In this document: one piece after another, positions 32,420-41,640 of the stretch
Position numbering within the stretch: the stretch's first letter is position 1
How the letters are laid out: every line of letters starts with the position of its first letter
Notes under the pieces: model-generated
Told to the model about the DNA's origin: nothing
What the model saw: the letters and a program-made list of their open reading frames with translations, nothing else
Database searches by the model: none
DNA from: Candidatus Woesearchaeota archaeon
Lineage (GTDB): Archaea; Nanobdellota; Nanobdellia; Woesearchaeales; J110
Reading direction: 5' to 3'
DNA: 48,431 nucleotides
Assembly (NCBI GenBank): GCA_003694805.1
Contig: RFJU01000038.1
Coordinates: 1 to 48,431 of the forward strand
Position numbers and translations under genes: made by a program

Positions 32420-32547
32420 GCCTCCGTAGCTCAGCGGCTAGAGCATCTGACTTGTAAAACTGCACCGAACTGCCTCGCCCTCCCAAGAAACGAGGGGTTC
32501 GCGCTCAAGCGATCAGAAGGTCCGGGGTTCAAATCCCCGCGGAGGCT
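32420..32547 (+). tRNA. tRNA-Thr (anticodon TGT) with a 55-nt intron at the canonical 37/38 position
   Basis: Manual fold: GCCTCCG/TA/GCTC-AGCGGCTA-GAGC/A/TCTGA-CTTGTA[intron]A-TCAGA/AGGTC/CGGGG-TTCAAAT-CCCCG/CGGAGGC/T. Followed by a T-rich stretch. Confidence 0.85.
32457..32511 (+). other. tRNA intron (boundaries +/-1-2 nt because of flanking A residues)
   Basis: Sequence between anticodon-loop position 37 and the 3' half of the anticodon stem. Contains the internal hairpin CCTCG...CGAGG. Confidence 0.7.
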
Positions 32548-32812
32548 TTTGCTTTCCTTTCAATGCTACAACAGCGCCCATCCCTGCCTTCTTCGCACAA
32601 CACCGCCCCCTTCTTGCGTCACGCCCGGCCCCGCCCGCGTCCTCTCGCAGCCGCCATAAGTAAATTCCACAAAGTTTAAATACTCCTGTCGCTTTTTTAT
32701 CGCTAACGATATGTCGGAAACGATAGTAACCTCGCGACGCTCTAAAAACAAGGACCGAAAAAAACGAACAAGAAAATAAAAAAACAGAAAAAAACGAGAA
32801 GACGCAACGAAC

Positions 32813-33493
32813 ATGACAACTCCCCTCATCCAACACAAACTAAGAATCCTCACCCTCCAAGAACTCAAAAAAAAACCGCTAAGCGGATACGACCTTGCCA
32901 ACACGATAGAAGCATCCGTGGGGTGGCGGCCGAGCTACGGCTCGATCTACCCCTTGCTTGACCGCCTCTCCAAAGAAGGCCTCATCACCGCCAAGCAAAA
33001 AAAGCGAAAAAAAGAATACTCCCTCAAAAAAAAAGGAGAGCGAGCCCTCCAAACCTTTCAAAAAGAAAACGACCAGCTCCTCAAAAAAGCCAAAGAAACT
33101 ATGAAAATCATCGCCCACCTCCTCGGCATCGACTACAAAACCCACCAAGAAATGTCATCAATACTCCTCTCCCCCACATCCCCACAAGCATTCCCCTTCA
33201 AAAACATCATGGCAAGCACCACCGCCCTCAAGCACACACTCCTCACCCTCTACCAAAAGCAGCTCATCGAGAAATACGAAAAAGAAATCAATGCCGCAAT
33301 CAAAGAAACAACCCGCAAACTCAAACACCTCATCGCAACATCTGCAACAAAAAAGAACAATACAAGCAAAAAAAGAAGAGCAGCTCAAAAAAAGAAAAAG
33401 CACAAGAAGAAAGAAGCCGCGACAGCTAAAACAAAAAAGAAAAAAGGACCAAAAACTGCTTCTGCAAAACCAAGACGAAAAACAAAAGCATGA
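32813..33493 (+). CDS. PadR-family transcriptional regulator with a Lys-rich C-terminal tail
   Basis: 'LSGYDLANTIEASVGWRPSYGSIYPLLDRLSKEGLI' is the PadR winged-helix pattern. Tail 'KKRRAAQKKKKHKKKEAATAKTKKKKGPK'. Stop overlaps the ABC gene start (ATGA). Confidence 0.8.
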   Translation: MTTPLIQHKLRILTLQELKKKPLSGYDLANTIEASVGWRPSYGSIYPLLDRLSKEGLITAKQKKRKKEYSLKKKGERALQTFQKENDQLLKKAKETMKIIAHLLGIDYKTHQEMSSILLSPTSPQAFPFKNIMASTTALKHTLLTLYQKQLIEKYEKEINAAIKETTRKLKHLIATSATKKNNTSKKRRAAQKKKKHKKKEAATAKTKKKKGPKTASAKPRRKTKA

Positions 33494-34206
33494 CCAAACA
33501 AAAAAAAATCATCATCGAACTCCAAGACGTGTGGAAAACCTACACCATGGGCGAAGTCAAAGTCCACGCCTTGCGCGGACTCACCCTTCAAGTTTACGAA
33601 GGAGAATTTCTCAGCATCATGGGACCAAGCGGAAGCGGAAAGAGCACTGCAATGAACATGATCGGCTGCCTCGACGTCCCATCGAAAGGACGCATCTACC
33701 TCTCAGGACAGGACATCTCCCACCTGAGCGAATCAGACCTCGCCCAAATCAGAGGGAAAAAAATAGGATTCATCTTCCAAAAGTTCAACCTCATCAACAC
33801 CCTCACCGCAATGGAAAACATCACCCTCCCCCTCCTCTTCCAAAACACTCCCCGCCAAGAACGCATCAAACGAGCAAAACAGTTGCTTTCACTCGTCGGG
33901 CTCGAAGACCGCATGCACCACAAACCCACCGAGTTAAGCGGGGGGCAGCAACAACGCGTCGCCATCGCCAGAGCGCTCGCGACAAACCCCCAAGTCATCC
34001 TCGCAGATGAGCCAACCGGAAACCTCGACAGCAAGACCGGAAACACCGTTATGGACTTCCTCAAAAAACTCCACAAAGAAAAAGGAACAACCATTGTGAT
34101 GGTCACCCACGACCCGAACGTCGCAAAAAATGCTGACAGGATCGAAATACTCCAAGACGGAGTGATCGTCACCAAAAAAAAGCATAGAGGACAAGCAACA
34201 CACTAA
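33490..34206 (+). CDS. ABC transporter ATP-binding protein (MacB/LolD-type)
   Basis: Walker A 'GPSGSGKST', signature 'LSGGQQQRVAIARAL', Walker B 'ILADEPT'. Confidence 0.95.
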   Translation: MTKQKKIIIELQDVWKTYTMGEVKVHALRGLTLQVYEGEFLSIMGPSGSGKSTAMNMIGCLDVPSKGRIYLSGQDISHLSESDLAQIRGKKIGFIFQKFNLINTLTAMENITLPLLFQNTPRQERIKRAKQLLSLVGLEDRMHHKPTELSGGQQQRVAIARALATNPQVILADEPTGNLDSKTGNTVMDFLKKLHKEKGTTIVMVTHDPNVAKNADRIEILQDGVIVTKKKHRGQATH

Positions 34207-34345
34207 CCTCGACGAACGCCGAAAAAGAAAGGAAAGAAACAGAAAGAAACAAATAAAGAAAAAAAATAAAGAAAAAAACAAAACAGCAACAAAAAAAAAA
34301 CAAAAAACGAATATGAAATAAAAGAGCAAAAAAAAGGTGAACCCT

Positions 34346-35680
34346 ATGAAAAAAAACCAAACCATAACCAGAACGCACCAGCTGCGATGTCAAACCCGTG
34401 CAAGAAGGCAGGCGCCAAGGGAGCCGCTTCAAAAAAAGACCCCGTTGCTCCTCCTGCTCGCCACCATCACGACTGCAATAGCACTCCTGACAATCCTCAA
34501 CGCCGCCCCTGCCGCGGCGCTCAACAACCTCGTTGGCGAAGGAAGCGCACTCTCATCCCAACTCCTCCGCTACGAGCCAAACCCGGCAGAACCAGGGGAC
34601 GTCATCGACGCCTACGTCCTCATCACCAACAACGGCTCCGAACCCGCGCGAGGCGTTGAGGTTGAACTCGTCAACGCCTATCCGTTCAGCGCTGATAGCC
34701 CGTCAGAACAAGCAAAGCGTATCAATGAAATACCAGGACAGCAATCAGCCCTTGTCATCTTCAAAATACGCATTGACAAAGACGCTGATGAAGGAACCAA
34801 CCACATCACCATCCGCTACAAGCCTGCTGGTGCAGGGTTTTGGCGAGAAGACGAACTCCCGCTCGACATCGCAACCAACGACGCCGCCATTTCCATCACG
34901 AAGATGACTTCAACACCTCAAGAAATCCTGCCAGGAAGGCCCGCGACGATCACGCTGACCGTCAAAAACCTCGCAGACTCGCGACTGCGCGACATAGCAG
35001 TCTCCCTCAGCACAGAAAGAACGGTTGGGAGCACCACGACAACCCTCCCCATAACGCCCCTGACCACCTCTCTCGAGCAGCGCATCCCTGAACTCTTAGC
35101 AGACGAAGAAAAAACACTTACGTTCGGCATCGTGACCAACCCGGACGCCGATTCGGACGTGTACTCCATACCGGTGACCATCACCTTCAGCGACGAAAGA
35201 GACAACGACTACACATACACCGACGAAATAGGTATCATCATCAACGCCCCCCCTGCGCTCGACGTCTACATTGAATCGGCCGACGTGTACACGGACAAAA
35301 AAACAGGGGATGTGACGCTCAAATTCGTCAACCGAGGCTTGTCTGAAATCAAGCTTCTCAACGTCGAACTCAAACCCCACGAGTCATACGAACGCTTGGG
35401 AGGCTCAAGCACAATCTACATTGGCAATGTTGACAGCGACGACTTCGACACGCAGAGCATCACCATCAAGGCAAAAAAAGACAACCTCGTCATACCCGTC
35501 AAAGTCACCTACCTTGACGCCTTCAACAACCAATACGAAGAAGAACGAGAACTCGCCGTCACCCTCATCAGCTCCAAAGAGCGTAACGGTGGAGGAACAA
35601 ACTGGGTTGTCATCGTCGCTGTTCTCGCCGTTATAGCGGGAGGGATTTACTGGTGGCGAAAACGAAAAAGGAAACGTTAA
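34346..35680 (+). CDS. Ig/CARDB-repeat surface protein (COG1361-like), signal peptide plus C-terminal TM and KR tail
   Basis: 'LLRYEPNPAEPGDVIDAYVLITNNGSEPARGVEVEL', C-terminal 'WVVIVAVLAVIAGGIYWWRKRKRKR'. This family is commonly next to MacB-type ABC genes in archaea (from memory). Confidence 0.75.
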   Translation: MKKNQTITRTHQLRCQTRARRQAPREPLQKKTPLLLLLATITTAIALLTILNAAPAAALNNLVGEGSALSSQLLRYEPNPAEPGDVIDAYVLITNNGSEPARGVEVELVNAYPFSADSPSEQAKRINEIPGQQSALVIFKIRIDKDADEGTNHITIRYKPAGAGFWREDELPLDIATNDAAISITKMTSTPQEILPGRPATITLTVKNLADSRLRDIAVSLSTERTVGSTTTTLPITPLTTSLEQRIPELLADEEKTLTFGIVTNPDADSDVYSIPVTITFSDERDNDYTYTDEIGIIINAPPALDVYIESADVYTDKKTGDVTLKFVNRGLSEIKLLNVELKPHESYERLGGSSTIYIGNVDSDDFDTQSITIKAKKDNLVIPVKVTYLDAFNNQYEEERELAVTLISSKERNGGGTNWVVIVAVLAVIAGGIYWWRKRKRKR

Positions 35681-35734
35681 CCGCGCCAGCCAATCCTTAA
35701 CCAAACACTCCGACACCCTGACCAGAAACACCTT

Positions 35735-36958
35735 ATGCTTCGCGACGAAATCATACTAGCAGTCAACAACCTCTTCAAGCGAAAGCTACGCTCTTGGCTC
35801 ACCATCCTCGGCGTAGTCATCGGCATCGCCGCCGTAGTCGCTCTCATCGGACTCGGCGAGGGCTTAACGAGGTTCGTCACCGCACAGTTCGGCATCGTCG
35901 GAGCAGACACCATAACCATACGCGCAGAAGGAGACGCCTTTGCACCGCCTGGAACCGGCGTCGTCAACCCACTCACCGAAAGCCAACTCAAGCGCATCAG
36001 AAACGTCAAAGGCGTCCAAACAGCAATAGGGAGAATCATTGAAACGGCTTCCGTCGAATTCAACGACAAAACAAAGGTAAACCTCATTGTGAGCGTCCCT
36101 TCAGGAGATGAACGCGATGACCTCTACGACATCCTCAACCTAGACGTCACCTCAGGGCGCCTCCTCAAAGACAACGACCAAAACAACGTTCTTATTGGAA
36201 GCGAACTGACCGACAAAGAGCTCTGGAACAAGCCACTCGTCACCGGCCGAACCATCCTCATCAAAGGAAGAGAATTCACCGTCGTTGGCGTCCTCAAGAA
36301 AAAGGGCAGCTTCGTCACAGACACCACGATATGGATGAACGAAGAACCCATGCGAGACCTGTTCGAAGATACAACAAAAAACTATGACGTCATCGCGGCC
36401 AGGGCGTCACCAGGGGAGAACATCGATATTATCGTCGAACGCATCAAAAAAGAGCTCCGCAAAGCAAGAGACGTCAAGGAAGGAGAGGAAGACTTCACCG
36501 TCCAAACTGCCCAAAGCGCGATTGAGTCCCTTCAAGACACCCTCTTCGCCATCCAACTCTTCGTCTACATCATCGCCGCGGTTTCACTTCTCGTCGGCGG
36601 CATTGGCATCAGCAACACGATGTACACCGCCGTTCTCGAGCGCATCACCGAGATAGGGACTATGAAGGCCATAGGAGCACGAAACAAAGACATCTTCACT
36701 ATTTTCGCCATTGAAGCCGGCCTCATCGGCCTCGTCGGCGGCCTCATCGGCATGAGCATCGGCGTCGCTATGAGCCACGGACTCGCATACGCGGGCAGGC
36801 TCGCCCTCGACCTCAACCTCATCCAAGCCCACACCTCCGCGGGACTCATCCTCGGCTCCCTCGCCTTCAGCTTCATCGTAGGACTACTCGCAGGCCTCCT
36901 CCCCGCCTACCAAGCAGCCACCATGCACCCCGTTGAAGCGCTCAACACAGCAAAGTAA
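35735..36958 (+). CDS. ABC transporter permease, MacB-periplasmic-domain/FtsX family
   Basis: 'AVNNLFKRKLRSWLTILGVVIGIAAVVAL' N-terminal TM. C-terminal FtsX region 'GGIGISNTMYTAVLERITEIGTMKAIGA'. Confidence 0.9.
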   Translation: MLRDEIILAVNNLFKRKLRSWLTILGVVIGIAAVVALIGLGEGLTRFVTAQFGIVGADTITIRAEGDAFAPPGTGVVNPLTESQLKRIRNVKGVQTAIGRIIETASVEFNDKTKVNLIVSVPSGDERDDLYDILNLDVTSGRLLKDNDQNNVLIGSELTDKELWNKPLVTGRTILIKGREFTVVGVLKKKGSFVTDTTIWMNEEPMRDLFEDTTKNYDVIAARASPGENIDIIVERIKKELRKARDVKEGEEDFTVQTAQSAIESLQDTLFAIQLFVYIIAAVSLLVGGIGISNTMYTAVLERITEIGTMKAIGARNKDIFTIFAIEAGLIGLVGGLIGMSIGVAMSHGLAYAGRLALDLNLIQAHTSAGLILGSLAFSFIVGLLAGLLPAYQAATMHPVEALNTAK

Positions 36959-37064
36959 CCCTAAAAAAAACAAATCCAAAAACAAATCCAAAAAAAAAAC
37001 AAAACAACACAATAACCAAAAAAAAGCAATAACCAAAAAAAAGAAAGAAAAAAAAGAACGCCCA

Positions 37065-38297
37065 ATGAAACCTGTGAAGCCCGACCTCATACGCTACGCT
37101 ATTAACAACCTCCTCCACAGGAAGCTACGCAGCTGGCTCATGACGCTCTCCATCCTCGTCGGCATCACAGCTATCTTCGCCCTCGTCAGCTTCGGCCAAG
37201 GACTAGAATACTACATAGACCACCTCGCCAACGAAATGGGAAAGGACAAAATCAGCATCCAAGCGAAAACCATCGGCCCCCCCGGAAGCGGCGACATCAC
37301 CTTCTCCGAGGACGACCTCTCCTTCATCGAAAGCATTAACGGCGTTCTCAACGCTGCAGGAATGGCCTTTGAAAACGCCCAAGTCACCTACAAGCGAGAA
37401 ACAAAACCCCGCTACGCCTACCTCGTCGGCACCCCTACCGGAGAAGACGGCCGCCTCACCCAAGAGCTCATGACCGTCGACCTCATCCAAGGAAGAACGC
37501 TCAAACGAAACGACCAATTCAAAGCCGTACTCGGCTACTCCTACAGCAAAGAAAAAGCAGTCTTCGATCGAGCCATACAAGTCGGTGACCGCATCACCGT
37601 CAACGGATACGACCTCAAAGTGGTCGGCATCTACGACAAAGTCGGCAACCCGCAAGATGATAAAAACATCTACGTAACGTTTGACACCTATCAAACGCTC
37701 ACCGGCTCAGCAAACACTCCCGAGGCCTACGACTGGATCGTCGTGCAGGCAAGCCCGACGGAAGACCCGAAAGCCCTCGCTGAACGCATCGAGGACAAGT
37801 TCAGACGAAGGAGAGGACTCAAGAAAGGCAACGAAGACTTCACCGTCCAAACCCTCGAAGACCTTATTCAAACCTTCGGCTCCATCATCACCGGCCTCAA
37901 CGGCGTGCTCATCATCATCGCCCTTATCTCCCTCTTCGTCGCAGGAATCAACATTATGAACACCATGTACACGGCCATTCTCGAGCGCACCAATGAAATT
38001 GGCATCATGAAAGCCATCGGCGCACGAAACAACGACATACTCTCAATTTTCATCATTGAAGCAAGCTTCCTCGGCTTCTCCGGAGGCGCCCTTGGTATCA
38101 TCCTCGGCTACGCCATTGCGAAGGCAGGCGAAGCCATAGCAAGCGCGAGCGGGTACTCCTTCCTCAAACCAATCTTCCCCCTCTCGCTCATCATTGGATG
38201 CCTCCTCTTCTCCACCCTTGTCGGAGCAGCCTCCGGGTTTCTTCCAGCAAGGCAGGCTGCAAAGCTCCAAGCCGCTGACGCACTCAGGTATGAATAA
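37065..38297 (+). CDS. ABC transporter permease, MacB-periplasmic-domain/FtsX family (second copy)
   Basis: 'AINNLLHRKLRSWLMTLSILVGITAIFAL', 'NIMNTMYTAILERTNEIGIMKAIGA'. Start set to the ATG at 37065; the Lys-rich extension is translated A-rich spacer. Confidence 0.9.
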   Translation: MKPVKPDLIRYAINNLLHRKLRSWLMTLSILVGITAIFALVSFGQGLEYYIDHLANEMGKDKISIQAKTIGPPGSGDITFSEDDLSFIESINGVLNAAGMAFENAQVTYKRETKPRYAYLVGTPTGEDGRLTQELMTVDLIQGRTLKRNDQFKAVLGYSYSKEKAVFDRAIQVGDRITVNGYDLKVVGIYDKVGNPQDDKNIYVTFDTYQTLTGSANTPEAYDWIVVQASPTEDPKALAERIEDKFRRRRGLKKGNEDFTVQTLEDLIQTFGSIITGLNGVLIIIALISLFVAGINIMNTMYTAILERTNEIGIMKAIGARNNDILSIFIIEASFLGFSGGALGIILGYAIAKAGEAIASASGYSFLKPIFPLSLIIGCLLFSTLVGAASGFLPARQAAKLQAADALRYE

Positions 38298-38498
38298 ACC
38301 CCCTGCGAAATCAGCGAATCAGCTACTAAACAAAAAAAAAAGAACACAACACAGCCGCATAACAACCAACATCCAACAAACAACAAAACCAACAAAAAAA
38401 AACAAGCAACAAAAAAAACTAAAGAGAGCGAACCTTCCCTACAAAAAAACCCCTCCAAAACACCACCTTTCACCTCTCTCACGTGAACACTCCAGAAT

Positions 38499-38508
38499 CT
38501 TTATAAAC
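38499..38508 (+). promoter_or_regulatory. TATA box (CTTTATAAAC) for the AI-2E transporter gene
   Basis: Centred ~28 nt upstream of the ATG at 38532. Confidence 0.55.
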
Positions 38509-38531
38509 TTTCTTTGGCTCTTCCCTCCACC

Positions 38532-39566
38532 ATGCTCCCGCGAAGATTCGCCCATTACAGCCTCGTCCTCTTCACACTCATCATTCTCTTCATCTCCCTG
38601 CTCATCATTAAACCATTCTGGCCCTACCTGTTCTTCGCAGGACTCCTTGCCTTCGCCTTCAACCCCCTCAACAAAAAAATCGGCAAACACATCCGCAACA
38701 GAAACCTGCGCGCAAGCATCATGCTCGCCATCATCCTCATCCTCATCATCGCGCCAACCATCTTCATCGTCTCCAACCTCGTCAACCAAGCAACAAACGC
38801 CTTCATCAACTTCAAAGACGAAAACTTTGAACGCTTCCTCCAAAAACTCCCCTTCATCGACTCGCCAGAAGAACGAAACGACCTTCAAGAATTCCTCATT
38901 GACGCCCTCCTCCAACTCAAACACGGCGTCGCCGACTCCTTCCTCAACACCCTCAGCTCCCTCCCTGACTTCCTCCTCGGCATCTTCATCATGTTCTTCA
39001 CCATGTTCTACTTCTTCAGGGACGGACGAGCACTCTACTATGCAACGGTCAAACACCTCCCCTTCGAAGACGAAGTCAAAAAAAAGCTCGTCGACGAAAC
39101 AAAACTCATCATCCAAGCAGTCATCTACGGCCAACTCTTCACCGCCATCATCCAAGGCCTTGCAGGAACCCTCGTCCTCTTCCTCTTCGGCATCCCCCAA
39201 GCAGCTTTTTGGGGCTTTCTCATGATTATTGCCGCCTTCATCCCCTACATCGGCACCTTCATCATTTGGGGTCCTGCAACGCTCTTCCTCGTCATCAACG
39301 AAGAACCAACGATCAAAATATTTTTCTTCCTCCTCATCAACATCACCTTCGTTTCACAAATTGACAACATCGTCCGTCCTTTCCTCATCGGCAGAAAATC
39401 CCAACTCCACACCAGCCTCGCCCTCATCGGCGTCCTCGGCGGGCTCAAACTCTTCGGCCTGGTTGGCATCGTCATCGGCCCCATCTTCCTCGCGCTCCTC
39501 GTCGTCCTCACAAAAACACTCATCATTGAGAAAAACGGAACAGAATGGACTGCTGACAAAAACTAA
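38532..39566 (+). CDS. AI-2E family transporter (PerM/UPF0118)
   Basis: Multi-TM protein with 'FFTMFYFFRDG' and 'NIVRPFLIG' motifs typical of the family. Confidence 0.85.
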   Translation: MLPRRFAHYSLVLFTLIILFISLLIIKPFWPYLFFAGLLAFAFNPLNKKIGKHIRNRNLRASIMLAIILILIIAPTIFIVSNLVNQATNAFINFKDENFERFLQKLPFIDSPEERNDLQEFLIDALLQLKHGVADSFLNTLSSLPDFLLGIFIMFFTMFYFFRDGRALYYATVKHLPFEDEVKKKLVDETKLIIQAVIYGQLFTAIIQGLAGTLVLFLFGIPQAAFWGFLMIIAAFIPYIGTFIIWGPATLFLVINEEPTIKIFFFLLINITFVSQIDNIVRPFLIGRKSQLHTSLALIGVLGGLKLFGLVGIVIGPIFLALLVVLTKTLIIEKNGTEWTADKN

Positions 39567-39629
39567 GAAACAAAAGAACCACGCCACGAAACGCCCGTGA
39601 ACAACGACGCCCCCTGCCTTTCTCGCTTC

Positions 39630-41495
39630 CTACCACTCACCCAAAGCATCCAAGAGCTCAATGAGCGTTGCGGCACTCCACGCCTGGGCCAAGCACCCTC
39701 GCGACTCGAGCCTCGCTGCGCTGCTCACCTCAGCACAGTGCCCAGCCCAGCCAGAAAAAAGCAATTCTTCCACACTCGCATCGCGAATCTTGCGAACAAA
39801 ACCGCCAAAACCCGCCGCGTCCAGCCTGTGCAAAAACACCCCTGCCAGATTATTGCAAAAAAACCAACTGTCACCGCGATGATAGCTCCTGTCGTCTTCA
39901 CCAGAATGCTCAGCACAAAAAAGCGGATGATTCTTGGCAATCGACGCCAATCCCCCCCATTCAAGCCAGAGCGAACCGAGCAACCACTTCACGACCTTCC
40001 CCCACTCCCGCTCAGGGAGCAACTCCGGATAGAGATACCCCGCCAAGAACGCGTTGGGCCTTGCCGTCCAATCAACACCGCCTTGCACAACCCTGTCCGC
40101 GAGCCGCCGCCCATCAAAAAAACGCCGACGAACCTCCCCTGCAAGTTCTCGCTCGTACTGCCGATACTCCTTCCCATTCCCCTTCTTCGTCACTTTATAG
40201 AGCAAACGAACACAACGGTACAACACGAGCATGAGCGCCTGGACCTCAATACACGCCCCCAACCGACCATCATCAACCCCTCCGGTCGTGTCCATCCATG
40301 TTTCCTGCGGAGCGCTCCACACCAACCCCTCCTGCAAAGACGAAGACCGCAATCGCTCAATGACCACCTCCAGCCGGTCACGAAGGTATGCCAGTTCAAT
40401 ACGTGAAAAATAGTCCTGCAACAGCCCGTGACTCCACAAGTAACGAACAGCATCCTCCACGCGCTTAAAGAGCCACCCGGCAGCATCAATAGAACCCACC
40501 AACGACGGAGGATGGCGGTTCGGGACCTGCCCTGACGGCAAAATACGCTCAAGATAGCGGAACACCACCTCCTTCACCAGCAAAAACCGCCCTTCAAGAA
40601 GCTTCGCTCGCAAACTCACCGCCTCATCTCTCGCGTAGAACTGAAAAAACCACGGAAGCCCTGCAAAGATACCCTGCACGCCGCCCTTAATGAGAACCGT
40701 CAAGTCATCAAGCGCCTTGAGCGCTACATTTCCAACAACAGACCTGCGAGAAAGCATTTGCTCCCCAGACTGCACAAGATTCTCACGAATCAACTCATAA
40801 CGATCCAACACGTACCGAACCTTCTTCACCGCCTTCTCCCTGCTCTTCGAAAATGCGAAAACGAAACGCTTCCCCCCCTCAACCAAGAGCCCGCCGGCAT
40901 GATACACAAAATCCACTGTGGCCGCGCCTCGCGCCTCATCAAAAGAACGCTCCTTCCTCACCCACCTCCCCGCTCTCTCAAGCGCCACAATCCCGTCAGG
41001 ACTCCCAATCGCCAAAAAACCTTCGTACCCAGAACCGCTCGGCACAGCGCCCCCGCTCTGACCAGACTTCTCGTAGCGCACAACAACCAACCCCTCCTCC
41101 TCGTGCACGTCAAAATGCCTCCCCCAAGGGTCAAAGTCATGAACGTAGCGCATATCAAGCTCAAGCCGCACACTCCCTTGAAAGCCAGCAACCTCGTAGA
41201 GAAGCGCATTACTGCTCAACAAAAACGTTTCAGAAGCCCTCCCCGACCTTCTCACGACCAAGGAAGCCTGCTTTTCAACTTCCACCACTGGCAGGCCGAG
41301 CGAGAGCGACTCAATCACCTTGAACGGCTGCCAGGCTTCAGCATCAAAATGAAAAAAACCTTCGTAATGCGTCACGTTAGCAGGAAGCGAGAACGCAAAA
41401 TAATTCCCCTTCTTATTGGACAAGCACACACCACAAGAAGCAACCTCTTTTTGCAGCACGCCCCCTTTCAAGCGATGCACCAACCTCAAAGCCAT
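39630..41495 (-). CDS. amylo-alpha-1,6-glucosidase / glycogen debranching enzyme (GDE_C type)
   Basis: 'GIFAGLPWFFQFYARDEAVSL', 'YHRGDSWFFCNNL', 'CLAQAWSAATLIELL'. Confidence 0.85.
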   Translation of the reverse strand: MALRLVHRLKGGVLQKEVASCGVCLSNKKGNYFAFSLPANVTHYEGFFHFDAEAWQPFKVIESLSLGLPVVEVEKQASLVVRRSGRASETFLLSSNALLYEVAGFQGSVRLELDMRYVHDFDPWGRHFDVHEEEGLVVVRYEKSGQSGGAVPSGSGYEGFLAIGSPDGIVALERAGRWVRKERSFDEARGAATVDFVYHAGGLLVEGGKRFVFAFSKSREKAVKKVRYVLDRYELIRENLVQSGEQMLSRRSVVGNVALKALDDLTVLIKGGVQGIFAGLPWFFQFYARDEAVSLRAKLLEGRFLLVKEVVFRYLERILPSGQVPNRHPPSLVGSIDAAGWLFKRVEDAVRYLWSHGLLQDYFSRIELAYLRDRLEVVIERLRSSSLQEGLVWSAPQETWMDTTGGVDDGRLGACIEVQALMLVLYRCVRLLYKVTKKGNGKEYRQYERELAGEVRRRFFDGRRLADRVVQGGVDWTARPNAFLAGYLYPELLPEREWGKVVKWLLGSLWLEWGGLASIAKNHPLFCAEHSGEDDRSYHRGDSWFFCNNLAGVFLHRLDAAGFGGFVRKIRDASVEELLFSGWAGHCAEVSSAARLESRGCLAQAWSAATLIELLDALGEW

Positions 41496-41572
41496 ACCAC
41501 CTCACAATCGTCTTTCAGCGCGTTCAGGCAAACTCGTGGAAACCACACTCCCCGGACCACCAACCCTCCACA

Positions 41573-41580
41573 TTTATAAA
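41573..41580 (-). promoter_or_regulatory. TATA box (TTTATAAA) upstream of the debranching-enzyme gene
   Basis: ~80 nt upstream of the ATG at 41495, which is itself preceded by GAGGTGG. Implies a short SD-containing leader. Confidence 0.4.
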
Positions 41581-41640
41581 GTTTCCTTTGAGCAAACCAC
41601 CACGAAAAAAACAACAAGCACGACCCCCTCGCTCCCGCCT

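Noticed and set aside
4872-32547. The surface-protein island is bracketed by tRNA-Asn and tRNA-Thr genes that share 5' halves. Possible integrated genomic island.
   Set aside because: There is no integrase, transposase or plasmid/viral gene. I could not find a direct repeat of a tRNA 3' segment, and composition is uniform with the rest of the window.
32867-33508. A9 homopolymer tracts inside coding sequence (PadR at 32867-32875 and 33026-33034; ABC ATPase at 33500-33508) as phase-variation switches.
   Set aside because: A-runs encoding Lys are ubiquitous in this A-rich genome. There is no evidence of frameshifted copies in the window, so this is more likely compositional.
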